27,597 bases of DNA, from IMG/VR virus record IMGVR_UViG_3300032219_001923, positions 1-27,597 of that record; one strand, written 5' to 3'. The position numbers and the translations under genes are program-made. Numbering within the stretch: position 1 is the first letter of the stretch; each line of letters begins with the position of its first letter. Origin of the DNA: a virus. Its lineage: Duplodnaviria; Caudoviricetes. The notes beneath the pieces are model-generated. The model was not told where the DNA came from. It did no database searches and saw nothing but the letters and a program-made list of their open reading frames with translations. Positions 15,801 to 23,994 of the stretch are shown piece after piece.

Positions 15801-16145
15801 CGCGCCGCCACTACCCCACGCGTGAACGGCCTCGAACCCTGCGTACCCGAGGGGGCCGTCCCAGCCTTGCCACTGCCCACCCGTCTCCTGCCAGGCGAAC
15901 GCGCCGGCACGGATGGCATCCGTCGTGACGGCCCCGCCGGCGCGGACTGTCTGAACGAGGATCGTCGTGTCGCCTTGCTTTCCGCTCGTCTCCAGAGTCA
16001 GCGATGTAGCGGAGGACGGCTGCGGCACACCCGGTTGAGGTTCAGCCTGCGTGTATGTCGAGCCCGGCCCCGTGGTCGAGGGCGCGATGCGCGGGTCGGG
16101 AATCAGGATGCCCCGGAGGGCGTCGGGCGAGAAGGCGATACCCAT
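12885..16145 (-). CDS. Large tail-tip protein with Asp-box (sialidase-like propeller) repeats
   Basis: 1086 aa directly after the tape measure. Asp-box-like motifs ASDDDGGTW, SADEGMSY and SSDGETW. AGGAG SD. Confidence 0.75.
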   Translation of the reverse strand: MGIAFSPDALRGILIPDPRIAPSTTGPGSTYTQAEPQPGVPQPSSATSLTLETSGKQGDTTILVQTVRAGGAVTTDAIRAGAFAWQETGGQWQGWDGPLGYAGFEAVHAWGSGGATPLYTYPHAIYTRNGTRLVSAQSTVALGGVQSCVVHRRDQLGASTITTVVSSSATGQPLHSCLLELPDRLLLLVAYDDLASVGLQVRVYASDDDGGTWTLQNGAALPAYIDTTTTTVRRLRAAYQGGQVLMMLAVRVSAATVPDTLWQYASADEGMSYALVEAVPGTDAASVHTGGVHDIYAIPDVGFGVVYCGSSRSTWGATSTTLSKRLGSAYSRWTDIDPVQVGLLAPATTLSLGNQLSDDTELCAAVDEDGQIYALAPNSGNASRVRPARSSDGETWSVLGQAANLVHSLDYGGERVTSMVAVWYAGTLHVIHTVDATTVYDAQLGDTALSGYTSATLPMLPAVQMGSDYSAGSYMTWEPWWTPDAIGWTVTTIGAPTTTLTGGAMQISAGVAEVRTYTHTRTTALTAAHTVQALWEVDPDSGTATETLLTAASNTSTYRLRVRVTTTQVLCYDDVSGVLRMTYNRTGSQYVHVRAWLSNQGGTGRATVWVCEIDGIHEVARDFIRILSNDAMTDAGFTAAGQSVKLGQTGQGVSNWRYFAWQGSAQMSTPHALSIPSQVGGRDFSSRSLTLSDGLRVRAVGGPAALDDLWTIAPRYGHGIAALASTSPSVTWRSTGTGTSQIFVWETDGTAANVSPLMGPVGALYLGGTNFRTATLEGRNAFGVYVSIGTWDASAGQAGLKWVRRGNTIYPDTTSNAGTYWYPHGMLDGARFTFDTAAGPVRAIQYQTEGAWTNAATKHARATLFGDVSAVALSGTAGAFLATGGLLVWNNDPSYSAYRLTIPVQQVAEAYYELGVVVLGHLAVFGRRYSWGRSLTSEPNVELRTGANGRRTSQVAGPTRRAVEFGWTDAADQSAFGTDQTVSTPDFFYGSSTGTPEAAAAKMDGPALMRGIVEHIEGPATPIVYVAHLPRVALGTTQMVVHPDLHLYGRIVSDVSIETVQGAEWLGVGTTGEMVRTSNIRIEEEL

Positions 16146-16148
16146 TTG

Positions 16149-18113
16149 CTAGCTCCTCCGCTGGCCTGCGCGTGCACCCGCACCTAACGCCCGGGACAGG
16201 GGACCGCGCGTCCGGAGGTTGTCGGAGACGAACGAGTCGAAGACCCTGTGCCGGTAGACCTGTTGGACCATTATGGTCTGCCCGCTTCCCATACCCGCGT
16301 TCGCAGCGCGGATCGTGTCGTCGCCCATCGCCCGACGCCCGACAGGCGAGAGCACGGCCTCGCCACGGCGTACGGTCGCCTGCTGCTCATCCGGCGCCAT
16401 GTTGCCGATAAGCCCGCCCGAGTGAAACGTCGGCTGCTGCGACGCGATGACGCCTTGCTGGATGAGGCCCGCAGCACCGACCGCGCCCGCCGCAATGTAG
16501 TTGTAGGGCGGCACGCCTGCGCTCAGTGCCTGCACGACGGCGAGTGCCGTGGCGGCGGCGGCGCTTGCCATCTTCGCAGCCTTATCAATGAGGAAGGCTT
16601 TCCGAGCTGCCGCACGGGTCACCTCGAGACGCTTGTCGGCGGCGTCCTTCTCCGCCTTCGTGGCGTTCTTCCCGAGGGCTTCCCGGTCTGCCTGCGCCTG
16701 CTCGTAGGCCGCGACATCCTGATCCAGCGAGTACTGCGTGTACTGTGCGACCACGTCGGCAACCTGAGCGATAGCGGCGATGCGCGCCTCGTTCGCAGCG
16801 GCTTCCTTCTCCGCACGCTCCTTGGCGGCAGCATCTTCCTTGTCCTTCGCCTTTTTCGCGATGGCATCGAGGCCCGCCTGGCGCTTCGTCTCCTCCGCAA
16901 TCAGCGCCGTCGTGAGGTCCGCCGCGAGCGCCTTCTCAGCCGCCGTGAACCGTGCAGCTTCTTCCGCGGAGAGCTTGCCCGCGGCGGCGAGAGCCAGCTT
17001 CTGCGCGCGAAGGTCATCGAGCTGGATCGCGAGCTTGCCCGACTGCTCGAGCTCAGAGGCGCGCTGGTTCTCGATCTGCTTCTCAGCGGCGAGGAGCGGC
17101 GCGAGCATCGCGTCGTGTTCCGCCAGGGCCTCCGCGGCAAGGCGCTCGGCTTCCGCCGCCTTGCGTGCCGCAGCTGCCGCGGCCTTCTCAGCAGCAGCAC
17201 GGCGCTTGGCGTTTCGATCCGCTTGGTCGTCGGCCTTCGCCTTCTCCCGGAGGACCTCCGCGGAGAGCTCCACGGCCTCGTCGTTCTGCGCGATGATGGC
17301 CGTCTGTTCCTTGATGGTGTCGCTCAGCTTCGCGTACTGCCGCGTCGCGTCCGTCTCCGCGCCGCGGATGGCGTCCATCGTTGCCGTGCCCTTGATGGCC
17401 GCGCGCTGAGCTTCGGCCTCGGCGATGAGAGCCTGTGCCGACGCGTTGGCCGCTTGCGCCTTCGCACGAAGCGCAGCCTCCGACTTGCGAGACGCCTGCT
17501 CGTTCTGCGTCTCGAGCCCAAACAAGAGTTTGAACTGGTCGTTGACGTCGCCAATCGCCTTGTCGAACTCGTCGTTCGCCGCAGACGCGGCCTTCGTGGC
17601 CTCTTCGTACCGTGCGAGGGCAGCCGCAGCCTCCTCCGCGCGATGCTTCTCGTCCATGAACGCGACGATGATGGGGGTCAGCGCCAGCCCGAGGATGGCC
17701 AGCGGGCCCGCCAGGGCAGTGGCAGACCCGGCAAGGCCCGACAGGCCCATCGAACCCGACGCCACCTCGCCAACGTCAGCGAGGTCAGCGAGCCCGCGGC
17801 CCACGTCGCCTAGTCCTGGGGCGATGAGGTCGAGGCCGCCGGAGAGCTTGCTCGCGGCGCTGCCTACCTTCCCGAAGCGATCCTCTAGGCTCTTCGTCGC
17901 GTCCGCAGCCCCGCGCGTGGCATCTTCCGCCTGCTGCATCGAGGCGCGCGTAGCATCGCCGGCCTTCTTCGCCGCACGCTCCGCAGCCTTGAAGCTCTTG
18001 TTCAGCTCCGAGGTCATCGCCGCCGCCTGCTCGCGCGTCATCCCCGGGATGCTTTCGAGCTGCTTGCGGAGGCCAGAGAGGTCCGCTGCGATGGTGAGTT
18101 CTGCGGTGGGCAT
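16149..18113 (-). CDS. Tail tape measure protein
   Basis: 654 aa, Ala-rich and helical. N-terminal LTIAADLSGL, central hydrophobic segment, C-terminal FHSGG...RRGEAVL motif. Position in the tail module fits. Confidence 0.9.
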   Translation of the reverse strand: MPTAELTIAADLSGLRKQLESIPGMTREQAAAMTSELNKSFKAAERAAKKAGDATRASMQQAEDATRGAADATKSLEDRFGKVGSAASKLSGGLDLIAPGLGDVGRGLADLADVGEVASGSMGLSGLAGSATALAGPLAILGLALTPIIVAFMDEKHRAEEAAAALARYEEATKAASAANDEFDKAIGDVNDQFKLLFGLETQNEQASRKSEAALRAKAQAANASAQALIAEAEAQRAAIKGTATMDAIRGAETDATRQYAKLSDTIKEQTAIIAQNDEAVELSAEVLREKAKADDQADRNAKRRAAAEKAAAAAARKAAEAERLAAEALAEHDAMLAPLLAAEKQIENQRASELEQSGKLAIQLDDLRAQKLALAAAGKLSAEEAARFTAAEKALAADLTTALIAEETKRQAGLDAIAKKAKDKEDAAAKERAEKEAAANEARIAAIAQVADVVAQYTQYSLDQDVAAYEQAQADREALGKNATKAEKDAADKRLEVTRAAARKAFLIDKAAKMASAAAATALAVVQALSAGVPPYNYIAAGAVGAAGLIQQGVIASQQPTFHSGGLIGNMAPDEQQATVRRGEAVLSPVGRRAMGDDTIRAANAGMGSGQTIMVQQVYRHRVFDSFVSDNLRTRGPLSRALGAGARAGQRRS

Positions 18114-18121
18114 CGTGGCTC

Positions 18122-18769
18122 CTACTTGCTGAAGCGGTCGCCGCTTCGTTGCAGCGCCTTATCAAGGTCCTCTAGCCGCGCGTCGATAGCGGCCTTGCGC
18201 CTGTCGAGGACTAGGACCTTCCACAGGTTCTTTCCGTCATAGTGCGCGGGGTTGACCGTGATCTTCGAGATGCCCACCGGGCGGTTGCGTCCCTTCGAGT
18301 CAGTCATCGAACGCGCCACGAGGTTCGTCGGAAGCTCTCCATGCGTCCGGTAGTACGACATCGCCGCACGGTATTCCTCGAAGTTCAGACCCCGCAGGAG
18401 CTTCGAGAATGGACCAGGGCGACGCACGTAGTAGGCGTAGTTCTGAAGCTTCCGCGGGCGGACCTGCCCACCATAGGGCGTGAGACGCCACTCGCTCTTC
18501 TTCCGACTACGCTGCACCTGTTGGGCGTCGTTGTAGACGATGCCGCGAACGGTCGTACCGCGCAGCTCCAGACGGTAGTCGTTGCTCTCGCCAGACTCCC
18601 CGGTACGCTTGGTGACGTTGTCGTACCATTCGCGCCGAGCGCCCTCAGCGAGGTCGTTGGCGATCTCCTCGACAATGGCCACCACATCGCCGGCCACGTC
18701 GCGGACCAGCTGGTCGACTGCGCGTTGCAGCTCGGGACCGAGGGTCACTGTCGCCGAGCTATTCGCCAC
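18122..18769 (-). CDS. Putative HK97 gp10-like neck/tail completion protein
   Basis: N-terminal helices followed by ARREW...KRTGESGES and NYAYYV, resembling the gp10 pattern. Basic composition. GTG start overlaps the preceding TAG. Confidence 0.5.
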   Translation of the reverse strand: MANSSATVTLGPELQRAVDQLVRDVAGDVVAIVEEIANDLAEGARREWYDNVTKRTGESGESNDYRLELRGTTVRGIVYNDAQQVQRSRKKSEWRLTPYGGQVRPRKLQNYAYYVRRPGPFSKLLRGLNFEEYRAAMSYYRTHGELPTNLVARSMTDSKGRNRPVGISKITVNPAHYDGKNLWKVLVLDRRKAAIDARLEDLDKALQRSGDRFSK

Positions 18770-18993
18770 TAGATCCCCCAGAAGGCTCGCGCCGCCGGGT
18801 CTACCGTATCCTGTGCGCGTGCCTTCGGTGTCGCGCGCTTCGGCTTGCTAGGCGGCGCGTGCTTGTTGCGCCACCAGCCGAGGACGCGTTCCTGCGTCTC
18901 GACAGGCCACGAGTAGAACGCCTCCGGGTCGCCGCAGTAGGTGAGGCCGATCTCCAGAGCTACGGAGTCGAGCCCTCCGTCTGCGGTGGCGTA
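18769..18993 (-). CDS. Tail assembly chaperone -1 frameshift extension (gpT-like)
   Basis: The -1 frame after the slippery site reads YATADGGLDSVALEIGLTYCGDPEAFYSWPVETQERVLGWWRNKHAPP...FWGI* with no ATG, and ends exactly at the next gene start. Confidence 0.8.
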   Translation of the reverse strand, partial: YATADGGLDSVALEIGLTYCGDPEAFYSWPVETQERVLGWWRNKHAPPSKPKRATPKARAQDTVDPAARAFWGI

Positions 18994-19307
18994 AAACCCG
19001 CAGCACGCGCGACGCCGTCTTCCGTCGGCACGTCGACACAGAGCTCGAGCGCCTTGCTCGCCGCGGCGTAGATCTCCGCTTCCGGAATGCCCAGCGTCAT
19101 CAGCTCATCGAAGACCTCGCCGCCGTAGGGGAGAGGCGAGAAGTTGTACTTCGCCTTGAGCGGCTTCCCGGCCCAGCACACGCCCAGGGCGGCGCACAGG
19201 CCACGGATAGCGTTAGTGCCGACGGCGAGAGCGATCTCGCGTCGAATGAGGAACGATGCGGGGGCCTTGAGCGGGACAGTGTGCGCCCCGAGTTGAACGG
19301 TCGTCAT
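18960..19307 (-). CDS. Tail assembly chaperone (gpG-like)
   Basis: 115 aa after the tail tube gene. AAGGAG SD. Slippery heptamer near the 3' end. Confidence 0.8.
   Translation of the reverse strand: MTTVQLGAHTVPLKAPASFLIRREIALAVGTNAIRGLCAALGVCWAGKPLKAKYNFSPLPYGGEVFDELMTLGIPEAEIYAAASKALELCVDVPTEDGVARAAGFTPPQTEGSTP
18993..18999 (-). promoter_or_regulatory. Programmed -1 ribosomal frameshift site G GGT TTT
   Basis: In-frame X XXY YYZ heptamer (GCG GGT TTT ACG) joining the chaperone ORF to an open -1 frame. Confidence 0.85.
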
Positions 19308-19325
19308 GGTTGCTCCTTAGACGCG

Positions 19326-19358
19326 AAAGCGCCCCCCGCACCGTAGCACGGGGAGCGC
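19326..19358 (-). terminator. Putative intrinsic terminator after the tail tube gene
   Basis: GCGCTCCCCGTGC-TACG-GTGCGGGGGGCGC hairpin (G-U pairs) followed by TTTC. Confidence 0.6.
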
Positions 19359-19379
19359 CTCGCTTGCACACGCGGCCTA

Positions 19380-19874
19380 TCAGGTCGCGAGGATCGACCC
19401 GTACACGGTTCCGTTCAGCGAGAAGGAGTTCGGGTCTCCCTCCGAGAAATCGAGCGTCATGTGGCAGCCATTGAGCTCGAGGACGTGGTCGCTGGGGTCG
19501 GCGAAGTTGGTTCCTTCCACGGTCAGGAGCACCTTGAGGCCGTAGACATCTGAACCCGTGATGGTCGACACGGCAGTGGCGAATGCGCCCGTCTTGTTGA
19601 CGGCGTCCCAGAGGGTCTTGTTGGTCGCGTCGCTGAGGTCCGTCATGTGCGCCGTGAAGCTGAACGTCGGGAACGTCCGCGACGTGAGGCGCACGGAGCC
19701 GAGGTCGCCACGGTCGAGGTACGTCGTCGCTTCGGTGTTGCCCTGATTGAGGCCCGTGATGCTGAAGTCGCCCGCCTCGTACTGGACGGTCAAGGAGATC
19801 GGCGTCGGCGTGGTGCCGTCCGAGATGGTGATGGTGCCGTCGCGGAAGTTCTTGACGACTGCGGAGATGGGCAT
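19380..19874 (-). CDS. Major tail (tube) protein
   Basis: 164 aa, T/S/G-rich beta pattern, strong codon bias. Lies between the completion genes and the frameshifting chaperone, and is followed by a terminator. Confidence 0.8.
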   Translation of the reverse strand: MPISAVVKNFRDGTITISDGTTPTPISLTVQYEAGDFSITGLNQGNTEATTYLDRGDLGSVRLTSRTFPTFSFTAHMTDLSDATNKTLWDAVNKTGAFATAVSTITGSDVYGLKVLLTVEGTNFADPSDHVLELNGCHMTLDFSEGDPNSFSLNGTVYGSILAT

Positions 19875-19882
19875 GGGCTACC

Positions 19883-20326
19883 TCACTGAAGCGGAAGGGT
19901 GTGGACGACGCGGAACTCGACGGCGCCGACGACCCACTCGCCGACATCGTTCGTCTCACGGGTAACGCGTACGAACTGGAACTTGTAGCTGAGCGGCCAC
20001 GTCGCATCGTAGACCATCAGCTTGTTGATGACGGCTTGCTCGCCGTCGAGCGCCGCGTCGTAGGTGCCCGCCATGTCCTTCGGCGCGAGCCGCCAGGAGT
20101 ACCGCACGATGAGCGTCGACTCAACGAGCGTGCCCTCGGCGGGCTTGCCGCGGTAGGCCCGCAGGTCCTGTGTCTCGGCGACGTGCACCACGAACCACGT
20201 GCCCGAGCTGAGGTCAGCATCGCGCCCGAAGTTGTCCGGCGCGACACGGCTTTCCTTCCAGCCCGAAAGTGTAGCGATACGCGTGGTGACGTCCTCGCGC
20301 AGCTGCCGGACGGTCTTCGACGCCAT
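19883..20326 (-). CDS. Putative tail terminator/completion protein
   Basis: 147 aa immediately before the tail tube gene. TGATG coupling at the start. Size and alpha/beta pattern fit. Confidence 0.6.
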   Translation of the reverse strand: MASKTVRQLREDVTTRIATLSGWKESRVAPDNFGRDADLSSGTWFVVHVAETQDLRAYRGKPAEGTLVESTLIVRYSWRLAPKDMAGTYDAALDGEQAVINKLMVYDATWPLSYKFQFVRVTRETNDVGEWVVGAVEFRVVHTLPLQ

Positions 20327-21093
20327 CAGTACCACCTCGGGCCGAGCACGGCGCCGCCGCCGCGACCGTTCAGCCAGACCTGAGACGCGCCGCTCTTCCG
20401 CTGGGTCGGGTCCACCTTGTTGGTGTCCGACTCGTCATAGATGAAGCTGAGCTGACCCCAGCTCTCGGTGTAGGCCGCACGGTAGTAGTCGGCGAGGGCC
20501 TGCCAGCGCCCGCCATCGCCAGCGCTCGTCTGGAAGTCCAGGAAGATGAGGTGGAGCGTGTAGTTCAGATGCACGTCGCGGAGCGCGCTGGGGCTCATCA
20601 CCAAATAGGGTCTGCGACCGTTTGCGATGAGGCGCAGCATGATCGTCGCCCACGCCTCGTCGAGGTAATCCTGGTACGTGGTGGACCCGTTCGCGAGGAG
20701 CTGCGGGAGGTCCGAGTGCCGGCGAATCAGGTCGGCGTCCGTCACGACCGGAGCGAGCTCACGACGCACCAGCGCGGCGTCCTGCCGGAAGGTGTGCGGA
20801 AGCCCGTCCGGCATGACGAGGGTCCATTCAATCAGGTAGCCCTCCTCGAGTTGGAGCGGCGAGGTCACGCCCGCGAGGATGGTGTACGTCGCCCAGCTGC
20901 CGGGGGCGATGGTCACGACGGCGGCGTTCACGACGGCGGTCTGGTCGGCTTTGTAGACCGATACCGTTCCCGAGGCCGGGGTAGCGACCACGCCGAGACG
21001 GTACGTGGGGCACGCGATGGTCTGATTCGTCCCACGCTGGATCGCATCCGGTGCCCGGAAACGTGCCGTGTAGAGCGTCTCGGAGATGGTCAT
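20326..21093 (-). CDS. Putative head-tail adaptor/connector
   Basis: 255 aa. Beta-rich N-terminal half and helical C-terminal half (VTDADL...DYLDEAW...WQALADYY) resembling head completion proteins. Synteny fits. Confidence 0.55.
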   Translation of the reverse strand: MTISETLYTARFRAPDAIQRGTNQTIACPTYRLGVVATPASGTVSVYKADQTAVVNAAVVTIAPGSWATYTILAGVTSPLQLEEGYLIEWTLVMPDGLPHTFRQDAALVRRELAPVVTDADLIRRHSDLPQLLANGSTTYQDYLDEAWATIMLRLIANGRRPYLVMSPSALRDVHLNYTLHLIFLDFQTSAGDGGRWQALADYYRAAYTESWGQLSFIYDESDTNKVDPTQRKSGASQVWLNGRGGGAVLGPRWY

Positions 21094-21108
21094 CGTGCCC
21101 CCTGCCTG

Positions 21109-21252
21109 TCAGCGCTTATCGCGTTCGCGACGGTCTGCCTCGACGGCGCGCTTACGCGCCTCCTCGCGGGCTCGCTGCTCGGGCATGCCCGAGCGAACCA
21201 GCTGCGACGTCATGCGTTCCATCGCCTCGCGGTGTTTGACGCTCTCGCTCAT
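21109..21252 (-). CDS. Small charged hypothetical protein, 47 aa
   Basis: MSESVKHREAMERMTSQLVRSGMPEQRAREEARKRAVEADRRERDKR. ATGA overlap at 21249-21252. Confidence 0.65.
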   Translation of the reverse strand: MSESVKHREAMERMTSQLVRSGMPEQRAREEARKRAVEADRRERDKR

Positions 21253-21881
21253 CGCTTGGCCTTGGGGGCCGGCGGGTTCAGGAGCTTCTCCTTCGCCGCG
21301 TACATGGTGGCTAGGCGCTCCTCCTCGATGTTGAGGGAGGTAGCCGACGCGGGCTGCGTGACCGCCTTGCCGCGGAGCTCCTCCACCTTGCGCGCCTGGT
21401 CGGCGATGATGAGGTCGATCCATCGCTCGTCCGGCACGCGGATGGTGCCCTCCTCGAGGAGGCGCTTGCAGAAGGCCCAGTATCCAGCTGTGTCGCTTCG
21501 GACCGTCAGCTGCCCCGCGAAGACGCTGGGCTTCTCCCACTTGCTCAGGTGGACGGGGCCGCGGTGCCCCTCGTAGGCCACGCAGTAGCCACCCGGCTCG
21601 GCGTCCCACGGGATGATGGTCCAGCCCTTGCGGCGGTAGCTCAGCTCCGCCTGGTCGGTGTTCCCGTCCTTGTCCACGCGGTTGACGCCGGGGTCCGCTC
21701 GCATCTCGGACAGGGCGGGGAGCCACTCGCCGTTGACAAGCTGCCAGCGGGAGGGATGATGCAGGTACCAGAAGACGGGGCTCGCATCCGTCGGGATGAG
21801 CTCACGCATGCTGCCTGGGCGTGTTGCCGCCCGTCCTTCGATCTGTGCGCCGCTCGCGGCGGTCTGGAATGTCGCGCTCAT
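21249..21881 (-). CDS. Hypothetical protein
   Basis: 210 aa, GGAGG SD, Trp-rich, directly after the capsid terminator. Confidence 0.8.
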   Translation of the reverse strand: MSATFQTAASGAQIEGRAATRPGSMRELIPTDASPVFWYLHHPSRWQLVNGEWLPALSEMRADPGVNRVDKDGNTDQAELSYRRKGWTIIPWDAEPGGYCVAYEGHRGPVHLSKWEKPSVFAGQLTVRSDTAGYWAFCKRLLEEGTIRVPDERWIDLIIADQARKVEELRGKAVTQPASATSLNIEEERLATMYAAKEKLLNPPAPKAKR

Positions 21882-21898
21882 GGTTGCCTCCGACGCAG

Positions 21899-21933
21899 AA
21901 AGGCGTCGAGGTACAGCTAAGCACCTCGACGCC
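21899..21933 (-). terminator. Putative intrinsic terminator after the major capsid gene
   Basis: GGCGTCGAGGTGC-TTAGCT-GTACCTCGACGCC hairpin followed by TTTCT. Confidence 0.7.
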
Positions 21934-21961
21934 CCCTCGCCACCGTGAGGCGGCTACCCTA

Positions 21962-22900
21962 CTACGGGGTGGCCTTGCTGAGCACGCCCACGCCCTTGAG
22001 GTCCTGAATCTCGGCCACGCCGGCGAAGGCATTGCCGATCACCTTAGTGAGACCGGACGCCGCGTCGCGCTCGAGCTCGACCACGACCTGCGAGCCGGCG
22101 GGCACGATGATGCCGGCCGCGCCCTGGATGGGAGCGGGGGTACCCGTCGCGTACCCGATGCAGCCCGTGGCGACCATCATACCGAGGCGATCTGCCCCTG
22201 CGTTCACCGTCGGGGGAGTGCTGCTCACGTACAGGTCGACGCCAAACAGGTTTCCGCGGAAGCCCTGACCCTTCGCCGCGATCTGGTCCTGAGTCGCCGC
22301 GACGTACTGACCGGGGCCCGTCTCGCTGCGGAGGCTGTTGATGAGGTGGTTGATCTGCTGCGGAGCGAGGACGCACGCGAACGTACCGTCGTTGCTCTGG
22401 AGCTGCAGCTTGTAGATGGCGTCGAAGAACGTGCTCACAGTGAGCGCCACGCCCGTCGTGCCGACGCTCTGGGAGAGGCCCGAGGAGAGCGCCGTCACCA
22501 TCTGCGTCATCCGCATGCCGAAGGCGATGGCCATCGACTCCGCCAGACCCTCGATGCCGACGCCCATCCCGCCCGCGATGGGGTTGGTGAGGGAGGCGAG
22601 GTCGGTGATGTCGTAGCGCAGGGCCTGCCTGGCGATGGTGATGGTCGCAGCGGCACGGGACGGCAGAGTCTCGGAGACGGGGCTTCCGTCGCCCACTGCC
22701 GCCATGAGGTCCGTCCCGGCGAGGCCGATGACGGGGACCTGGAGGGCGCTGGACCCGGAGCCGTTGAGGCTGCCGAAGTTGGTGAACTGCGGCGCCTTGT
22801 AGAGCTCGGCGCGGTCCGCCAGCTTCATCTCGATGGTCTTGTGGAGGATCGCCGCGAGACGAGCGTTGCCGCTCAGTGCGGCAAAATCGATATTGGCCAT
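21962..22900 (-). CDS. Major capsid protein
   Basis: 312 aa after the scaffold gene. HK97-fold-like motifs (ACVLAPQQ..L, GNLFGVDLYVS, VELERD...GVAEI). Strong codon bias, GGAGG SD, downstream terminator. Confidence 0.88.
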   Translation of the reverse strand: MANIDFAALSGNARLAAILHKTIEMKLADRAELYKAPQFTNFGSLNGSGSSALQVPVIGLAGTDLMAAVGDGSPVSETLPSRAAATITIARQALRYDITDLASLTNPIAGGMGVGIEGLAESMAIAFGMRMTQMVTALSSGLSQSVGTTGVALTVSTFFDAIYKLQLQSNDGTFACVLAPQQINHLINSLRSETGPGQYVAATQDQIAAKGQGFRGNLFGVDLYVSSTPPTVNAGADRLGMMVATGCIGYATGTPAPIQGAAGIIVPAGSQVVVELERDAASGLTKVIGNAFAGVAEIQDLKGVGVLSKATP

Positions 22901-23017
22901 GAGGGCCTCCCGAAGGGTTCGATGGTTTGCCGCGCCTGTCGCTTTTTACGAGAGCTTGCCTCGAGCGCGTGAGGGCGTGGCCCTCATGGACCTCGTACCC
23001 TCACGCGTGACAGGATG

Positions 23018-23563
23018 TCAAGGCGCCGAGCGAGCCGCCGTGATCGCGTCGAAATGCGCCTTGAACTCCGCGTTGCTCATGCTCATGATGCGCTCGGGGC
23101 TGAATGCCGTAGGCCCAGCAGTGGGAGAGGGGAGCGCCGTCGCGCTGGACGCGGGGAGCTTCGTGCGCGTGTCGACCATTGGCGAGGCCTGCGGTACCGC
23201 GGGCTGCGGGGTCGAGGCCTCGGGCAGGTACGCGCGAACGGCACGAGGAAGCGTGTCCTTGTTGCCGAGCCACTCGCCCAAGGCGGGGCGCTCGTCAGCC
23301 TTCAGCTTGGAGTAGGCGTGCTGCACGTACTCGATACCCTCGGCGTCGGTGATGCCCGCGGCGTAAATCTCGCGCTCGATCCGGAGGGCCTCGCGTTCCG
23401 CCTTCGTGGCGCCCTTCAGCTCCTCGACCTGCACGCGGTACTTTTCGACCTCGGCGGCGACGGGTTCGAGTTCGGCGACGCGCCCTTGGAGGGCCTTGAC
23501 CTGCTCGACGAGTTGACGGATGCGGGCCTCTGCGCCGCCCTGTGCTTCGGTGTTCTCGCTCAT
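23018..23563 (-). CDS. Capsid scaffolding protein
   Basis: N-terminal coiled coil, Pro-rich linker and C-terminal IMSMSNAEFKAH helix. Directly upstream of the capsid gene. Confidence 0.75.
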   Translation of the reverse strand: MSENTEAQGGAEARIRQLVEQVKALQGRVAELEPVAAEVEKYRVQVEELKGATKAEREALRIEREIYAAGITDAEGIEYVQHAYSKLKADERPALGEWLGNKDTLPRAVRAYLPEASTPQPAVPQASPMVDTRTKLPASSATALPSPTAGPTAFSPERIMSMSNAEFKAHFDAITAARSAP

Positions 23564-23994
23564 GGTTGCTCCTCGTTGGCCTTCTGGACACGGTCCCAGA
23601 CGGCTAGTTGACGTTTAGACCAAGCTCGGCCCGCAGAACCCCCCCACAAATCCCACGCGATGCGCCCTGCGCTGGGGTAGCCAGCATTGCCCGGTTTAGC
23701 TGCGGGAGCCTTGAGGTCGACGGCGTGACGGTCGAAGTAGGCGACCATTCGCTTTATGGTCTCAATGCTCACTACCTCACGCTCAGCCAGCTGGGTCGCG
23801 CGGCGGGCGCCCACGATGGTGCCGCCACGCTTGAACTCCTCGCGCAGGGCGAGGCCGCGCTTGGCGACCGCGGCCACCTCGGGCGGGGCCTTGAGCTCGA
23901 AGCCCATCCGGCGCTCGTCGCGGATGAACCGCGCGTAGACACCGGGGTGCTCACGCTTCAGGTAGTCGCGCTGACGCTCACTCAGAAATGGCAT
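23560..23994 (-). CDS. Conserved-looking hypothetical head-module protein
   Basis: Real start at MPFLSERQRDYL (23994, GGAGG upstream). Motifs AKRGL..GGTIVG..RA..LA, TIKRMVAYFDRH and PSAGRIAWDLWGG. Confidence 0.75.
   Translation of the reverse strand: MPFLSERQRDYLKREHPGVYARFIRDERRMGFELKAPPEVAAVAKRGLALREEFKRGGTIVGARRATQLAEREVVSIETIKRMVAYFDRHAVDLKAPAAKPGNAGYPSAGRIAWDLWGGSAGRAWSKRQLAVWDRVQKANEEQP

Noticed and set aside
13008-17813. Long plus-strand ORFs (13008..15062, 15267..16187, 16248..17813) and similar ones across the window
   Set aside because: They are antisense shadows of high-GC genes, with R/A/G-rich nonsense composition and no motifs.
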